Part shown: positions 51,301 to 60,196 of the stretch, piece by piece | Numbering within the stretch: the stretch's first letter is position 1 | Layout: each line of letters opens with the position of its first letter | IMG/VR virus record: IMGVR_UViG_3300042559_000515 | Span: 1 to 64,000 of that record | Origin: a virus | Length of the DNA: 64,000 nt | Direction: 5' to 3' (one strand) | The notes under the pieces: model-generated | Databases searched by the model: none | Seen by the model: only the letters and a program-made list of their open reading frames with translations | Told to the model about the DNA's origin: nothing | Program-made: the position numbers and the translations under genes

Positions 51301-51849
51301 ATGAACACCAATCTTTGCAGTAACTGCAAGACCGAACTCAACGAAGATTCCATGCGCTGGTCAAGCGTCCTCAGCGGAGAAATCTGTGAGGGTTGCTTTG
51401 ACGAAGACATGACTTACCCAGCGACCATCCGTATCGTTAACCCGAACGGTGATGTGGAGACCTACCTTGTCGGTGACCTCAACATCATTACCGAGTACGG
51501 AGACGATACAGACCTCCCTGCCAAGCGTCAGTGGGTCAGCACCGATGGCTGGCGTGGCTATAACAAGACAGAGATTGATGGCTGGGTAGCAGTACTCACT
51601 GGATGGACAACGGGTGGCTATGACGACCCCATCGCTCGTAGGAAGCGCCTGTTCAACAACTTTGCTGAGTACCTGCTAACCAATGACATCTACCCACCAT
51701 GTCAGGTTGCCTTGATTACCGACACCACATCCAACCTGTTTTCAACCGCAGTGACCGTTCAGGTTCTTGCAAAGGATGAGGACACATTCAACAACTGGCT
51801 GAACTCAACCGAGTACCCAGCCGAAGAACTATCACACTCATTGTCTTAG
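51301..51849 (+). CDS. Hypothetical protein with N-terminal CxxC..CxxC
   Basis: CSNC...CEGC; W.STDGWRGY. Confidence 0.75.
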   Translation: MNTNLCSNCKTELNEDSMRWSSVLSGEICEGCFDEDMTYPATIRIVNPNGDVETYLVGDLNIITEYGDDTDLPAKRQWVSTDGWRGYNKTEIDGWVAVLTGWTTGGYDDPIARRKRLFNNFAEYLLTNDIYPPCQVALITDTTSNLFSTAVTVQVLAKDEDTFNNWLNSTEYPAEELSHSLS

Positions 51850-51861
51850 AAAGGAGACACC

Positions 51862-52113
51862 ATGACCACCATTATCCGTAACTATCAGAAAGATGAACTC
51901 ATCTCTGATGCACAGGACATCTACACCAACTACACCTTTGAGGAACTTGATGGTGCGGTGTTCTTGACCAGTTGTGACATCACAGGCGCTGAGATTTACC
52001 ACCTGACCAACGACAAGGTTGCTTGGATTCAATCCATTGACCTTGACTGGGTCGCTCCGTATGACGAGCGTGTCCTTCGCACGACATCATTAGACACTGT
52101 GGAGGTCAAGTAG
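51862..52113 (+). CDS. Hypothetical early protein
   Basis: AAGGAG SD. Confidence 0.7.
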   Translation: MTTIIRNYQKDELISDAQDIYTNYTFEELDGAVFLTSCDITGAEIYHLTNDKVAWIQSIDLDWVAPYDERVLRTTSLDTVEVK

Positions 52114-52115
52114 CC

Positions 52116-52358
52116 ATGGCAACATTCAAGTTCAAAGTTCAGTGGGACATAGAGGTAGACATAGACGCCATTGATGAAGACGAGGCATACGAAATCATCT
52201 ATGGCGATGTCCTCCTTGATGCCTACGGCAGGGGCAAAGGCTCCCTCAGTGTTGACCTCGTAGAAGACATTGAAAAAAGTGAATGGGGTTTGTTTGATAC
52301 CGACCCCGAAGAAGAACCAATTACCTACCTCGCTCTTAATGACGAGGATTACCTCTAA
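52116..52358 (+). CDS. Acidic hypothetical protein
   Basis: GGAGG SD; very acidic. Confidence 0.7.
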   Translation: MATFKFKVQWDIEVDIDAIDEDEAYEIIYGDVLLDAYGRGKGSLSVDLVEDIEKSEWGLFDTDPEEEPITYLALNDEDYL

Positions 52359-52368
52359 GGAGAACCCA

Positions 52369-52602
52369 ATGATTAACCAACTACCGTTCTGGTGCCGTTC
52401 ATGCGAAGCGGACTTCAACAACTTTGATGAGCAGGGAGTGTGTGGCAAGTGTGACACACCAAATGTTCTTGAGCGCCACAACATCACAGTGACCATTCCA
52501 GTAGACGCCTTCTCACTGCTTGACGCTCAAGCAAATGTAGAGGCTCTCATCAAGCAATTAATCAAACAGCAAATCGTCTCTCCAGAGACAACAGTGTTCT
52601 AA
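52369..52602 (+). CDS. Small zinc-ribbon protein
   Basis: AAGGAG SD; CRSC...CGKC. Confidence 0.7.
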   Translation: MINQLPFWCRSCEADFNNFDEQGVCGKCDTPNVLERHNITVTIPVDAFSLLDAQANVEALIKQLIKQQIVSPETTVF

Positions 52603-52615
52603 GGAGGACATCAAC

Positions 52616-52900
52616 ATGGGATACCAAACAGCACTCGGCATTGCCGAGACCGACATCAGCCTCAGCCAGCAAGTGTCATGGCACTTCAGTAGCAACTGCT
52701 ACCCACCAGTGCCACAGTTGATGGTGCCAGTGGCAGTAGAAGCCATTGAGAAAGTTCTCTACGAAGACGGCGGTGAATTACTTCAACTGCCCGAAGGTGT
52801 GTCCTTCCGTGGTGACACTGAGGTCAATGCATACACCATCGTGGAGAACCTCCACCTGTGGGCATTCGTACACGACAACCTTGAAGGAGAGGACGAGTAA
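52616..52900 (+). CDS. Hypothetical early protein
   Basis: AAGGAGG SD; H...N.YPPVP..M...LPEGV...H.W. Confidence 0.75.
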   Translation: MGYQTALGIAETDISLSQQVSWHFSSNCYPPVPQLMVPVAVEAIEKVLYEDGGELLQLPEGVSFRGDTEVNAYTIVENLHLWAFVHDNLEGEDE

Positions 52901-53121
52901 TGGCTGAACAAATAAATACATCCATTGTCATTCATCACCGAGGATTCCTCCTCGGCTACAGCGTGTCCGTGACGCTTTGGGTAGAAGGTGAGTTTGAGCC
53001 ACTGGTGGACAACCGACAGTGGACATTCACCAAGCGCAAGGCTCGCAGTATCGCACAAAAGAATGTCATGGCGATAGAAGCCATCAAAAAACTACAGGAG
53101 GCAATGCGTGCAGGTATCTAA
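52900..53121 (+). CDS. Hypothetical early protein
   Basis: TAATG coupling. Confidence 0.65.
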   Translation: MAEQINTSIVIHHRGFLLGYSVSVTLWVEGEFEPLVDNRQWTFTKRKARSIAQKNVMAIEAIKKLQEAMRAGI

Positions 53122-53299
53122 CTACCAACGATTCCGAAACCGTGTGCTGTACCCCATCGCAAGCATCTTTTTTGTGGTGGCTCTGTACATCTCATGGTTC
53201 AAGTCCATCTACCTTTACGGACAGCCCATCACGCTGTTAGTAGTCATGACTCTCGTTGGGTTCGGGTTTGCAATCGCAAACTTTAAACCCAAACGCTAA
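53108..53299 (+). CDS. Small two-TM protein
   Basis: AGGAGG upstream; two hydrophobic helices. Confidence 0.6.
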   Translation: MQVSNYQRFRNRVLYPIASIFFVVALYISWFKSIYLYGQPITLLVVMTLVGFGFAIANFKPKR

Positions 53300-53300
53300 G

Positions 53301-53329
53301 TTGTCATCAACCAATCACGCCGATAAATT
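53301..53329 (+). promoter_or_regulatory. Sigma70-type promoter
   Basis: TTGTCA-17 nt-TAAATT upstream of the DUF932 gene. Confidence 0.6.
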
Positions 53330-53381
53330 AGTCGGTGTGGTACCACCCACAACAAAAACCAAACACAGAAAGTAACTAACC

Positions 53382-54407
53382 ATGTCACGAGAAACTTACG
53401 AATGGCTCAACACCAACATCCTTGTCGGATTCAGCGAACAGCGAGGTAATGCATGGCATTACAAGGAGTCAGCACAAGGCACCGAACCCAACCACTACAC
53501 GGGAGCAGTTCCTGTGGATGATGTCCTCCGCCGTCTCTTCAACTGGACAGCAGTTGAGGCTGAGTCCTGTGTCCGTGTCCCAAATGGTGACGGAACATTC
53601 CGCCTCATCACTGACCCGACCCGAAAGGCAATCGTCCATTCCGATAACGACACCGTCTTTGCGGTGTTCAAGAACTCTTACCAAGTTCACCAGTACAAGA
53701 AGTGGCTCCTTGACACCGTTGCGAATCTTGTTGACGACAACGACCTCGCCATCGGCGGTGCTGGTCTCCTCCGTCAAGGTGCCAAGGCATATGTTCAGGT
53801 GGAATTGCCTGAGACGATTAAGACGCCATCAGGCTTTGACATTCGTCCTCACCTCCTCGCCTGCACATCACATGACGGCACCCTGTCATCAACCTTCCAG
53901 TTGGTATCCACTGTGGTCGTGTGTGACAACACGCTCGCTGGTGCCTTGAGTGAGAAGACAGCCAAGCACAAGGTGCGCCACAGCAAGCACTCCATCGGCA
54001 AGTTGCAGACAGTCCGTGACGCTCTCGGAATCATCCATGAGTACACAGATGACCTCATGCTTGAACTGGAGCGCCTGTCCACTCAGAAGGTCTCTGACCG
54101 TGAGTTCAATGCAATCATTGAGCACCTCGTGCCACTATCAACAGACTTGGACATCCGTCCTCAGGTCAAGGCTCGTGTGGAGAACAAGCAGGAACTCCTG
54201 CGCCACATGTACACCAATGACCCGATGGTCTCTCCATGGAAGGGCACTGCGCTCGGAGTACTTCAGATGTGGAACACCTACCAGCACCACTTCGCTGGTG
54301 CAGACGGTTCCCGTATTGAGCGCAACATGCTCAACGGCATCACTGGTAAGACCAGCGACCAAGACAAGTTCGTCTTGAACGCCATTGACAACTTGGTGCT
54401 CGCCTAA
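53382..54407 (+). CDS. DUF932 / TIGR03299 phage-plasmid protein
   Basis: AWH, Y.VHQ, G.L..G, TSHDG, VVCDNTL, RH, W.GTA.G motifs. Confidence 0.88.
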   Translation: MSRETYEWLNTNILVGFSEQRGNAWHYKESAQGTEPNHYTGAVPVDDVLRRLFNWTAVEAESCVRVPNGDGTFRLITDPTRKAIVHSDNDTVFAVFKNSYQVHQYKKWLLDTVANLVDDNDLAIGGAGLLRQGAKAYVQVELPETIKTPSGFDIRPHLLACTSHDGTLSSTFQLVSTVVVCDNTLAGALSEKTAKHKVRHSKHSIGKLQTVRDALGIIHEYTDDLMLELERLSTQKVSDREFNAIIEHLVPLSTDLDIRPQVKARVENKQELLRHMYTNDPMVSPWKGTALGVLQMWNTYQHHFAGADGSRIERNMLNGITGKTSDQDKFVLNAIDNLVLA

Positions 54408-54784
54408 TGGCAACGGAGGTAGAAGTGGGGGGCGTCAAGCCCCCCTCTTCTCGTTACATCCGCTTGACGGACTACGACACAGGTAACTTCGTTGACCTAC
54501 CTAGCCTCAAGTTTGAGGACGATGGTCTGTGGAGGGACAAGGCATACTGCAAGGGTCAGACATACATGACCCCTGTGTTCTTCACCGAGAATGCACAGCG
54601 CAACAACACACGGGCAATGATGATTGAGAAAGCACAATCATTCTGTAATAAGTGTGAGGTGCGCAAGGAGTGTTACAACTTCGCACGGAAAAATGACTTC
54701 AGGCATGGTGTGTGGGGTGGTGTGGACTTCTTCGTATCCAGCGAATCACCACGCCGTATCCCTCTTCCCGACAGCATTGATTAA
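54407..54784 (+). CDS. whiB: WhiB-family transcription factor
   Basis: W...A.C, FF, C..C.V..EC, GVWGG. Confidence 0.88.
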   Translation: MATEVEVGGVKPPSSRYIRLTDYDTGNFVDLPSLKFEDDGLWRDKAYCKGQTYMTPVFFTENAQRNNTRAMMIEKAQSFCNKCEVRKECYNFARKNDFRHGVWGGVDFFVSSESPRRIPLPDSID

Positions 54785-54796
54785 AGAAAGACATTT

Positions 54797-55138
54797 ATGA
54801 AATTGAATATCAGCGAATTATTGGAGTCAACCTACTCAACAGAGCATCCTGAACTACTGGCGATGTATCACATTGACATTGAAGAAGAGGGGGAGGACGG
54901 CTCATGGCATGGGAAACTATGGTGGGACATGGAAGGTCAAGAGCGTACAATTCCATTCCTTGCAGTTAGTAACGCAAATGATGGTGGCAAGAACAAGTAC
55001 ACACCAATCACGGGTGTTGCAGATAAGAAAGCATTCTTTGAAGCATCACAAAAAGCATTCCCACAGTCTGCGGAGCCAGCAGACACGGCATGTGTTTATC
55101 TAGAACTGCGTCAGGCAGTACTGGACGAAATGGAATAA
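54797..55138 (+). CDS. Hypothetical protein
   Basis: Last ORF of the plus-strand block. Confidence 0.7.
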   Translation: MKLNISELLESTYSTEHPELLAMYHIDIEEEGEDGSWHGKLWWDMEGQERTIPFLAVSNANDGGKNKYTPITGVADKKAFFEASQKAFPQSAEPADTACVYLELRQAVLDEME

Positions 55139-55143
55139 CAGCA

Positions 55144-55227
55144 GTGGTGGTCACGCCAGCAGAAGGTGACCGTAAATAAGGGGAATCGTAATCCCCGTGC
55201 GCAGTGATTAACGGGTGCGCTTACCAC
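55144..55227 (+). ncRNA. Candidate four-way-junction small RNA
   Basis: GTGGT/ACCAC closing GGTCAC/GTGACC, GGGGA/TCCCC and GCGCA/TGCGC. Confidence 0.45.
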
Positions 55228-55229
55228 AA

Positions 55230-55278
55230 GGAAAGACCCTCACCTTAATCGGTGGGGGTCTTTTCCTTTTCCTTTTCC
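55230..55278 (+). terminator. Strong intrinsic (likely bidirectional) terminator
   Basis: GGAAAGACCCTCACC-TTAATC-GGTGGGGGTCTTTTCC plus T-runs at the convergence of the plus and minus blocks. Confidence 0.8.
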
Positions 55279-55403
55279 TCAACCAACGGAAGAGAAACCA
55301 CTCTGTTGGCTTTCTTTGGACACTTGTGTGTCGGTGGGATTGCCAACTTGATACTGGTACTCATTGAGACATTGCACGATGGGCACTGATACTTCTCAGT
55401 CAT
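55245..55403 (-). CDS. Small zinc-finger protein (52 aa)
   Basis: Hand translation MTEKYQCPSCNV...PPTHKCPKK. Confidence 0.65.
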   Translation of the reverse strand: MTEKYQCPSCNVSMSTSIKLAIPPTHKCPKKANRVVSLPLVEEKEKEKTPTD

Positions 55404-55608
55404 TATTGATTACCTTCCATGGACGCCACTTAGCAAGAAACTCCATGACCTCTGTCCTGTCCCACAGTGGTGTTGATGCCAACTGCACGAATGGTTCAGG
55501 GAACTCAGCCATCTGACGGAGTGAGTGAATCCGTTGCTTGGACACGCCAAGAACCTCAGCGACCTCAGAGGTGCCGAGAATATCTTCAACGGGTAGACAC
55601 TTACTCAT
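55396..55608 (-). CDS. AlpA/excisionase-like HTH protein
   Basis: LGTSEVAEVLGVSKQRI...FPEP..L..TPLW; TACTAT 6 nt before ATG. Confidence 0.8.
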   Translation of the reverse strand: MSKCLPVEDILGTSEVAEVLGVSKQRIHSLRQMAEFPEPFVQLASTPLWDRTEVMEFLAKWRPWKVINND

Positions 55609-55648
55609 GACTCCATAGTACCTTTCTTGTAGACCGCTTTGTCTAGGA

Positions 55649-56212
55649 CTAAGGGCGAGTCTTCTTCCACTCCGCCATACCAGCCTCGGTGTAGCGGTCA
55701 CGGAGTGGTTTGCGTGTCTTCCAGTTAATGCAGTTCTTGCCCCAGTTCTTTGAACTGCGCCAGCCGATTGCTGGTCGGAAGAAAGGCTTGTTGTTCAACT
55801 TGTCATCAAGTGTTCTGAACACATTCTTGGTCTGAAATCCGAAGAACGAGATTCTGTTGGCAACGATAATTTGCTCTTCTTTGGTTGCGTTCTTTGGTGA
55901 TGTTGCGAACTGCCATCCACCGAATCCACGCCATGCGCTTTGAGCGATACCGAGACCACCTGCGTAGTAGCCACCGTCATTCCACTTGTGGTTGGTCTCA
56001 CACCATGAGACTGCTTCCCAGAAGCGGACTGAGCCTGCCTTTTTAGTTTTGAGTTGTGCCTGTAGTTCAGGATGCATCATGTTGATGCTTTGCGCTTGGA
56101 CTGTTGTAGCCACAGTGGTTGTAGTCGTCACCTCCACTTCTTGTGCCGATGCTCCATGCATCCCTAATGGAAATGAAAGTGTGGCGACTAAGCCAATGCG
56201 TGCTAACAGCAA
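55649..56212 (-). CDS. rpf: Secreted Rpf-like transglycosylase
   Basis: Signal peptide, Thr linker, WEAVSWCET...W...YYAGGLGI.QS.W..FGG...AT.EEQI.VA.RI; AAGGAG SD before TTG at 56212. Confidence 0.8.
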   Translation of the reverse strand: MLLARIGLVATLSFPLGMHGASAQEVEVTTTTTVATTVQAQSINMMHPELQAQLKTKKAGSVRFWEAVSWCETNHKWNDGGYYAGGLGIAQSAWRGFGGWQFATSPKNATKEEQIIVANRISFFGFQTKNVFRTLDDKLNNKPFFRPAIGWRSSKNWGKNCINWKTRKPLRDRYTEAGMAEWKKTRP

Positions 56213-56320
56213 GGTGTACTCCTTTGTAGGCGGATAAAGCACGAAACCCATACCAAGAGAGACACGAGTGTCTCAGGGGGTGACCTTGGTATGGGCTTCT
56301 GTATCTACTATACAGGGTAG

Positions 56321-56728
56321 TTACTCCAACAACCCATACCTAACTGTTGATATGTCAATCACTGTTTCATTCATGTACGGAATAACACTCATGTTCACAT
56401 TCACATTCTCCGTACTATCTTTGTGAGCGCTAGAACAAAGTTCGCAGTCACAGCCCTGTCGGTAACGGAGCCATGACCCGTGTGGCTTCAGAAGGGACTG
56501 CTTGCCATCCTTCATGGGCTGTCGCTCCTTAGGTGTGAGACCGCCCCACATGCCCCACTTCTCGTTTATGCCATCGTTGAGGCACTCTTTCCACAGAGGG
56601 CAACAACGGCACACTTCTCTCGCAATGGAGTAGTACTGCTCTGGTGCGTCCGCCTCCATGGGTGGATACCAAAACACATTGTTCCTCTTATGGCAGAGGG
56701 CTTCTAATCGCCAGTCTTCATCAATCAT
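56321..56728 (-). CDS. whiB: WhiB-family protein with extra C-terminal HG..Y..GCxC..C module
   Basis: W..EALC, C..CP...EC, GMWGG.TP.ER, then HGSW.RY.QGCDC.LC. Confidence 0.88.
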   Translation of the reverse strand: MIDEDWRLEALCHKRNNVFWYPPMEADAPEQYYSIAREVCRCCPLWKECLNDGINEKWGMWGGLTPKERQPMKDGKQSLLKPHGSWLRYRQGCDCELCSSAHKDSTENVNVNMSVIPYMNETVIDISTVRYGLLE

Positions 56729-56777
56729 TAATTAATCCATGTTGTGTTTCGTACACTAGAAAGGTAGGTTTATTCCT

Positions 56778-57146
56778 ATGACAACCAATACAAATACCCA
56801 GTCCCTGTCCACCCTCGTTGAAGAGCGAATCCGACTCAAGGCTGAGTTGGACAATCTCACTCAGCGTCTCAAAGACTTTGACGAACTCGTCATCGCTGAA
56901 CTCCAAAGCCAAAATCTCACGAAGTTTGAGACCGCCGTTGGCAAGGTCAATCTCGTCCAGAGCAACACTGTTGTTTGGAATGACGAGGTTCTCAAGGAAC
57001 TTCTCAAGCCAGTTCAGTGGAAGCGAATCGTCATTGAGAAGGTTGACAAGTCCCGTCTTGACGCCGAACTCGTGGTCGGTCGTATTGACGAGAGCCTCGT
57101 TGAAGTGGCTCGCTCCATCAAGCAGTCCAAGCCGTTCTTGCGCTAA
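56778..57146 (+). CDS. Hypothetical coiled-coil protein
   Basis: Isolated plus-strand gene; AAGGTAGG SD; codon style of the early block. Confidence 0.75.
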   Translation: MTTNTNTQSLSTLVEERIRLKAELDNLTQRLKDFDELVIAELQSQNLTKFETAVGKVNLVQSNTVVWNDEVLKELLKPVQWKRIVIEKVDKSRLDAELVVGRIDESLVEVARSIKQSKPFLR

Positions 57147-57148
57147 CA

Positions 57149-57493
57149 CTAAATCCACTGCTCGTCAGGACGCTGGCTCTCTAGGGGGTCGGCGTCCTGC
57201 CTTTGGACACAGTCCCATCCACAACTGTCGTAGCCTGCGATGTCTGCCCAGTGGTCTTTCTTGTCAGGTGTCCATGCAATGCGTGCAATCTTGACGAGCA
57301 TCATCATGACGGCAACATCGTGGGGACGAATACTTAATTCACCTCGTGATTGCATTGTGCGTTCAAGATATGCCTGCCACAAAGAACCACACGCAGAAAA
57401 GTTATCTAGTGGGTCTCCGTAGTCGGTATTCCTACCACCATTGATGTAAGCAAGTGACTCTTCTAGAATCTCGGAACGAAAGTTCTGTTCCAT
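57149..57493 (-). CDS. DUF6378-like protein
   Basis: R..DYGDP..NF...W...V..MM..VK.AR...D...D.AGY. Confidence 0.8.
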   Translation of the reverse strand: MEQNFRSEILEESLAYINGGRNTDYGDPLDNFSACGSLWQAYLERTMQSRGELSIRPHDVAVMMMLVKIARIAWTPDKKDHWADIAGYDSCGWDCVQRQDADPLESQRPDEQWI

Positions 57494-57496
57494 GGA

Positions 57497-57808
57497 TTAC
57501 TTGCTAAGAGCCTTTACAATCTCACGAGCCTCGTAATGGCTGACGCATTCACAGACAAAGTCGTAATCCATGGAGCCAATGCGCTTGGAGCGTGCCACCA
57601 CATAGTTACCGTTAGGCATCTTAACGATGGAGTAGTCAACCTCTACGGGTGCTGGTGGTGTGTAGGAACCAATGTTCTCACCCTTGTTCTCCCAGCCATT
57701 GGGATACTTGTCAACTGCTTTTTGGTATTGCTCTTTAAAACTAGGCAACTTCTGTTGGTTCTTACTCATTTGGGTGTAGTAACCCTCAGATAGTTTTTCG
57801 TAATCCAT
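57497..57808 (-). CDS. Hypothetical protein
   Basis: AAGGA SD before MDYEK. Confidence 0.65.
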   Translation of the reverse strand: MDYEKLSEGYYTQMSKNQQKLPSFKEQYQKAVDKYPNGWENKGENIGSYTPPAPVEVDYSIVKMPNGNYVVARSKRIGSMDYDFVCECVSHYEAREIVKALSK

Positions 57809-57859
57809 TTGATGTCCTTTCAAATTGTGGCGAATTGTAGTTTTGTGTTATGCGCCTTG

Positions 57860-59296
57860 TCAAGACTCTTCTGACAGGTCAATGATTTCTGCGTACATGG
57901 CATCGGTTGCCTCTGGACTCATCCCACCATTGGGCAGTTGGCGAGCCTGCTCCCCTGCCTTGGCTCCGAACAAACGAGACAGGACACCGCTGGTGCCACG
58001 AGCCTCAACCTCAAACCGTAGGGTGTCTCGGCTGTCAGAGATGTTCTTCATGCGCTCCACCATGTTGAAGACTCTGTCCATTTCTGTTGACAGCGTGGTG
58101 TCAATTCCTTGACCTTCTAGTTCTTCAGCGAACCTAGCGAACATCACACGACCCACCTGCATCTCTACGAGAGCACGCATAGCGGCGTTTAATTGGTCTT
58201 TGGTACGAATCTCAATGGGCAAAGAAAACGCACACTCACTATTCTCTTGAAATTGAGGACAACGACTTGCCAAGTAACAATGATTACATTGCCTCAAAGG
58301 GTTGGCGTTGTAACGAAGAACATTGACCTGTTCTGGGTCAATTTCTATTGATTCTCCTTGGTTATCTGTGTGTTGAGTACCTATAGAAGTAACCGTCTCA
58401 ACACCCATAACTGGGAGTAATCTTTTTTCGCTTTCGTGCCTCTTTTCAGGTACCTGTGGAACAATGTTTGTACCCCTCGGTGCCACAGATACCGTATTAT
58501 CGGTATCCCCTGAAATCATTATGATTTGGTTGTCATCAGTGAGTGTGAACTCTTCTTCGTCATCAACATTCATAAGGTCATAGCCCCCAAAGTTTTTAGT
58601 TTCCCATGCTCTCCACGATTGGATAGCGAGGTGTGCCACAGCGTTTACTTCATCTTCAAGGACTGCGTTGTAATCCACACCAAGACGCTGAATGTCGTTG
58701 CGGTGTCTCTTGCGTGCGCTCTCTTTTTGTTGTGCTGGGTAACGGTGTAGTGCGTGTCCATCCCACACCTGAGTCTCTCCGTAACGCAGTGCGCTAGACC
58801 ATGAGACGACTACAACGGACTCCCAGTTGATGCGACCAATTACATCAGGCTTAGAGGTCATACCGATTAATTGCGTTGACCAGCGTGTAGCAATCTGCCC
58901 GATGCGTGAGATTGTCTTACCTGTGATGGCTTTGTCTGAGATAGCCACACGACCATACTTCTGACACAGCCACTGGAGACGCTCTAGGTCATCGGGGTCA
59001 TTCCAAATGGGCACATACTTCTCACCCATCCATGACCCATCATAATCTGGTCGTCCAATTACATAAGTCAAATTATCTATGTGCTCACGAATAAATGAGT
59101 CATAACGAGCCAAGTCTTCATCATTCTCTGAGACATAGAGGATGATGTCATGCCCCTGATACACCGTTGCGAGGTCTAACTCTTTGCGCTTAGGAACGGC
59201 GTAATGGGTCAGGTTGATACCGAATCGGGTAACACCTGCGCTCAACAACATAGACCTGTATGAGCCTTTCTCGGCTCCTCCAAAGAATACTTTCAC
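57860..59296 (-). CDS. Large protein: possible TGT-like barrel plus Cys4 cluster and helical C-terminus
   Basis: SW.S..RYGETQVWDG; CNHC....RCP.F.....C; function uncertain. Confidence 0.5.
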   Translation of the reverse strand: MKVFFGGAEKGSYRSMLLSAGVTRFGINLTHYAVPKRKELDLATVYQGHDIILYVSENDEDLARYDSFIREHIDNLTYVIGRPDYDGSWMGEKYVPIWNDPDDLERLQWLCQKYGRVAISDKAITGKTISRIGQIATRWSTQLIGMTSKPDVIGRINWESVVVVSWSSALRYGETQVWDGHALHRYPAQQKESARKRHRNDIQRLGVDYNAVLEDEVNAVAHLAIQSWRAWETKNFGGYDLMNVDDEEEFTLTDDNQIIMISGDTDNTVSVAPRGTNIVPQVPEKRHESEKRLLPVMGVETVTSIGTQHTDNQGESIEIDPEQVNVLRYNANPLRQCNHCYLASRCPQFQENSECAFSLPIEIRTKDQLNAAMRALVEMQVGRVMFARFAEELEGQGIDTTLSTEMDRVFNMVERMKNISDSRDTLRFEVEARGTSGVLSRLFGAKAGEQARQLPNGGMSPEATDAMYAEIIDLSEES

Positions 59297-59475
59297 TTCT
59301 TAGGTTCCATAAACTGTCGCATACGCACCCTCATCTCAACCAACTGGTCAGACAGTTCAGATACAACTTTTACAGGTACTTCTTTGTCTTGAGCCGCTTT
59401 TCGTAAAAGGGCGTCAGCAACTAACAGAGCAGTTCGTGCTTGACTGAAATAAGACTTGGGAAGACGCTCTGCCAT
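59293..59475 (-). CDS. Small hypothetical protein
   Basis: GAGG SD; coupled to next gene. Confidence 0.6.
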   Translation of the reverse strand: MAERLPKSYFSQARTALLVADALLRKAAQDKEVPVKVVSELSDQLVEMRVRMRQFMEPKK

Positions 59476-59481
59476 AGCACC

Positions 59482-59727
59482 TCAGTTGGGGGGCTTACGC
59501 CAGACAGATGGGCTGTGTGCCTCTTCAATCTCTTGGCGATGTTCATCGTCCTCATAGAGGCGAACAATGTGCATACATGGTGGTTCACCAGACACTTCTT
59601 CTTCCATCCACTCATCATCGGACATCGGAAGTCCATCATGGGTGTAGCACACGGCTGGACCGCACCAGCCATTTTCCATTCCAATTTCCAACCATGTATC
59701 AAAATCAATATCCATGTCGTCAATCAT
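59482..59727 (-). CDS. Small hypothetical protein
   Basis: FD.W..IG...GWCGP.VC.THDG.P pattern; start at MIDDMD. Confidence 0.7.
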   Translation of the reverse strand: MIDDMDIDFDTWLEIGMENGWCGPAVCYTHDGLPMSDDEWMEEEVSGEPPCMHIVRLYEDDEHRQEIEEAHSPSVWRKPPN

Positions 59728-60196
59728 TCCAGTGTCGTTCGGCTTTGGCAAGGGCTTGTGCGTCAAGTTCTTTAGAGAGTTCATCCCATCCTCTGATAGT
59801 TCGTCCGTCAACCCATTCTGGTCTTGGGATGCTTGGGATAGAGACAAGAAGGGATGTAATCCCTTCATGAACGGACTTAGCGACAGTGGAGGGGTCTGTG
59901 TCAACGAACCAGTCAATTCTTCCGTATCCTGCTTGGATACCACGAATACGCTCCAGTTTGGCATCGGGAGATGTTTCATAAGTTAAATCAATCGCTCCTG
60001 CTTTATAGCCTTCACGCTTAAGCCACTCCATGAGTATAGGTGTTTTTTTATCGTCAAGTCCGTGAGCAAGTACACAGATACGCCCTTCGTACATTGGAAA
60101 CATCATGTTCCATAATTTTCGTCCTTCTTTTGTTGGTTGTCTAGCACCAAGTTCATCCCCAGGATGAGCAAGGACATCAAAACCAAAGACAATCAC
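59720..60196 (-). CDS. HAD-superfamily-like protein (degenerate motif I)
   Basis: MIVFGFDVL, WL..EG, K, FVD.DP. Confidence 0.55.
   Translation of the reverse strand: MIVFGFDVLAHPGDELGARQPTKEGRKLWNMMFPMYEGRICVLAHGLDDKKTPILMEWLKREGYKAGAIDLTYETSPDAKLERIRGIQAGYGRIDWFVDTDPSTVAKSVHEGITSLLVSIPSIPRPEWVDGRTIRGWDELSKELDAQALAKAERHWND

Noticed and set aside
55144-55227. tRNA gene or pistol ribozyme
   Set aside because: No TTCRA T-loop or 7-bp acceptor stem, and no pseudoknot partner for the first loop.
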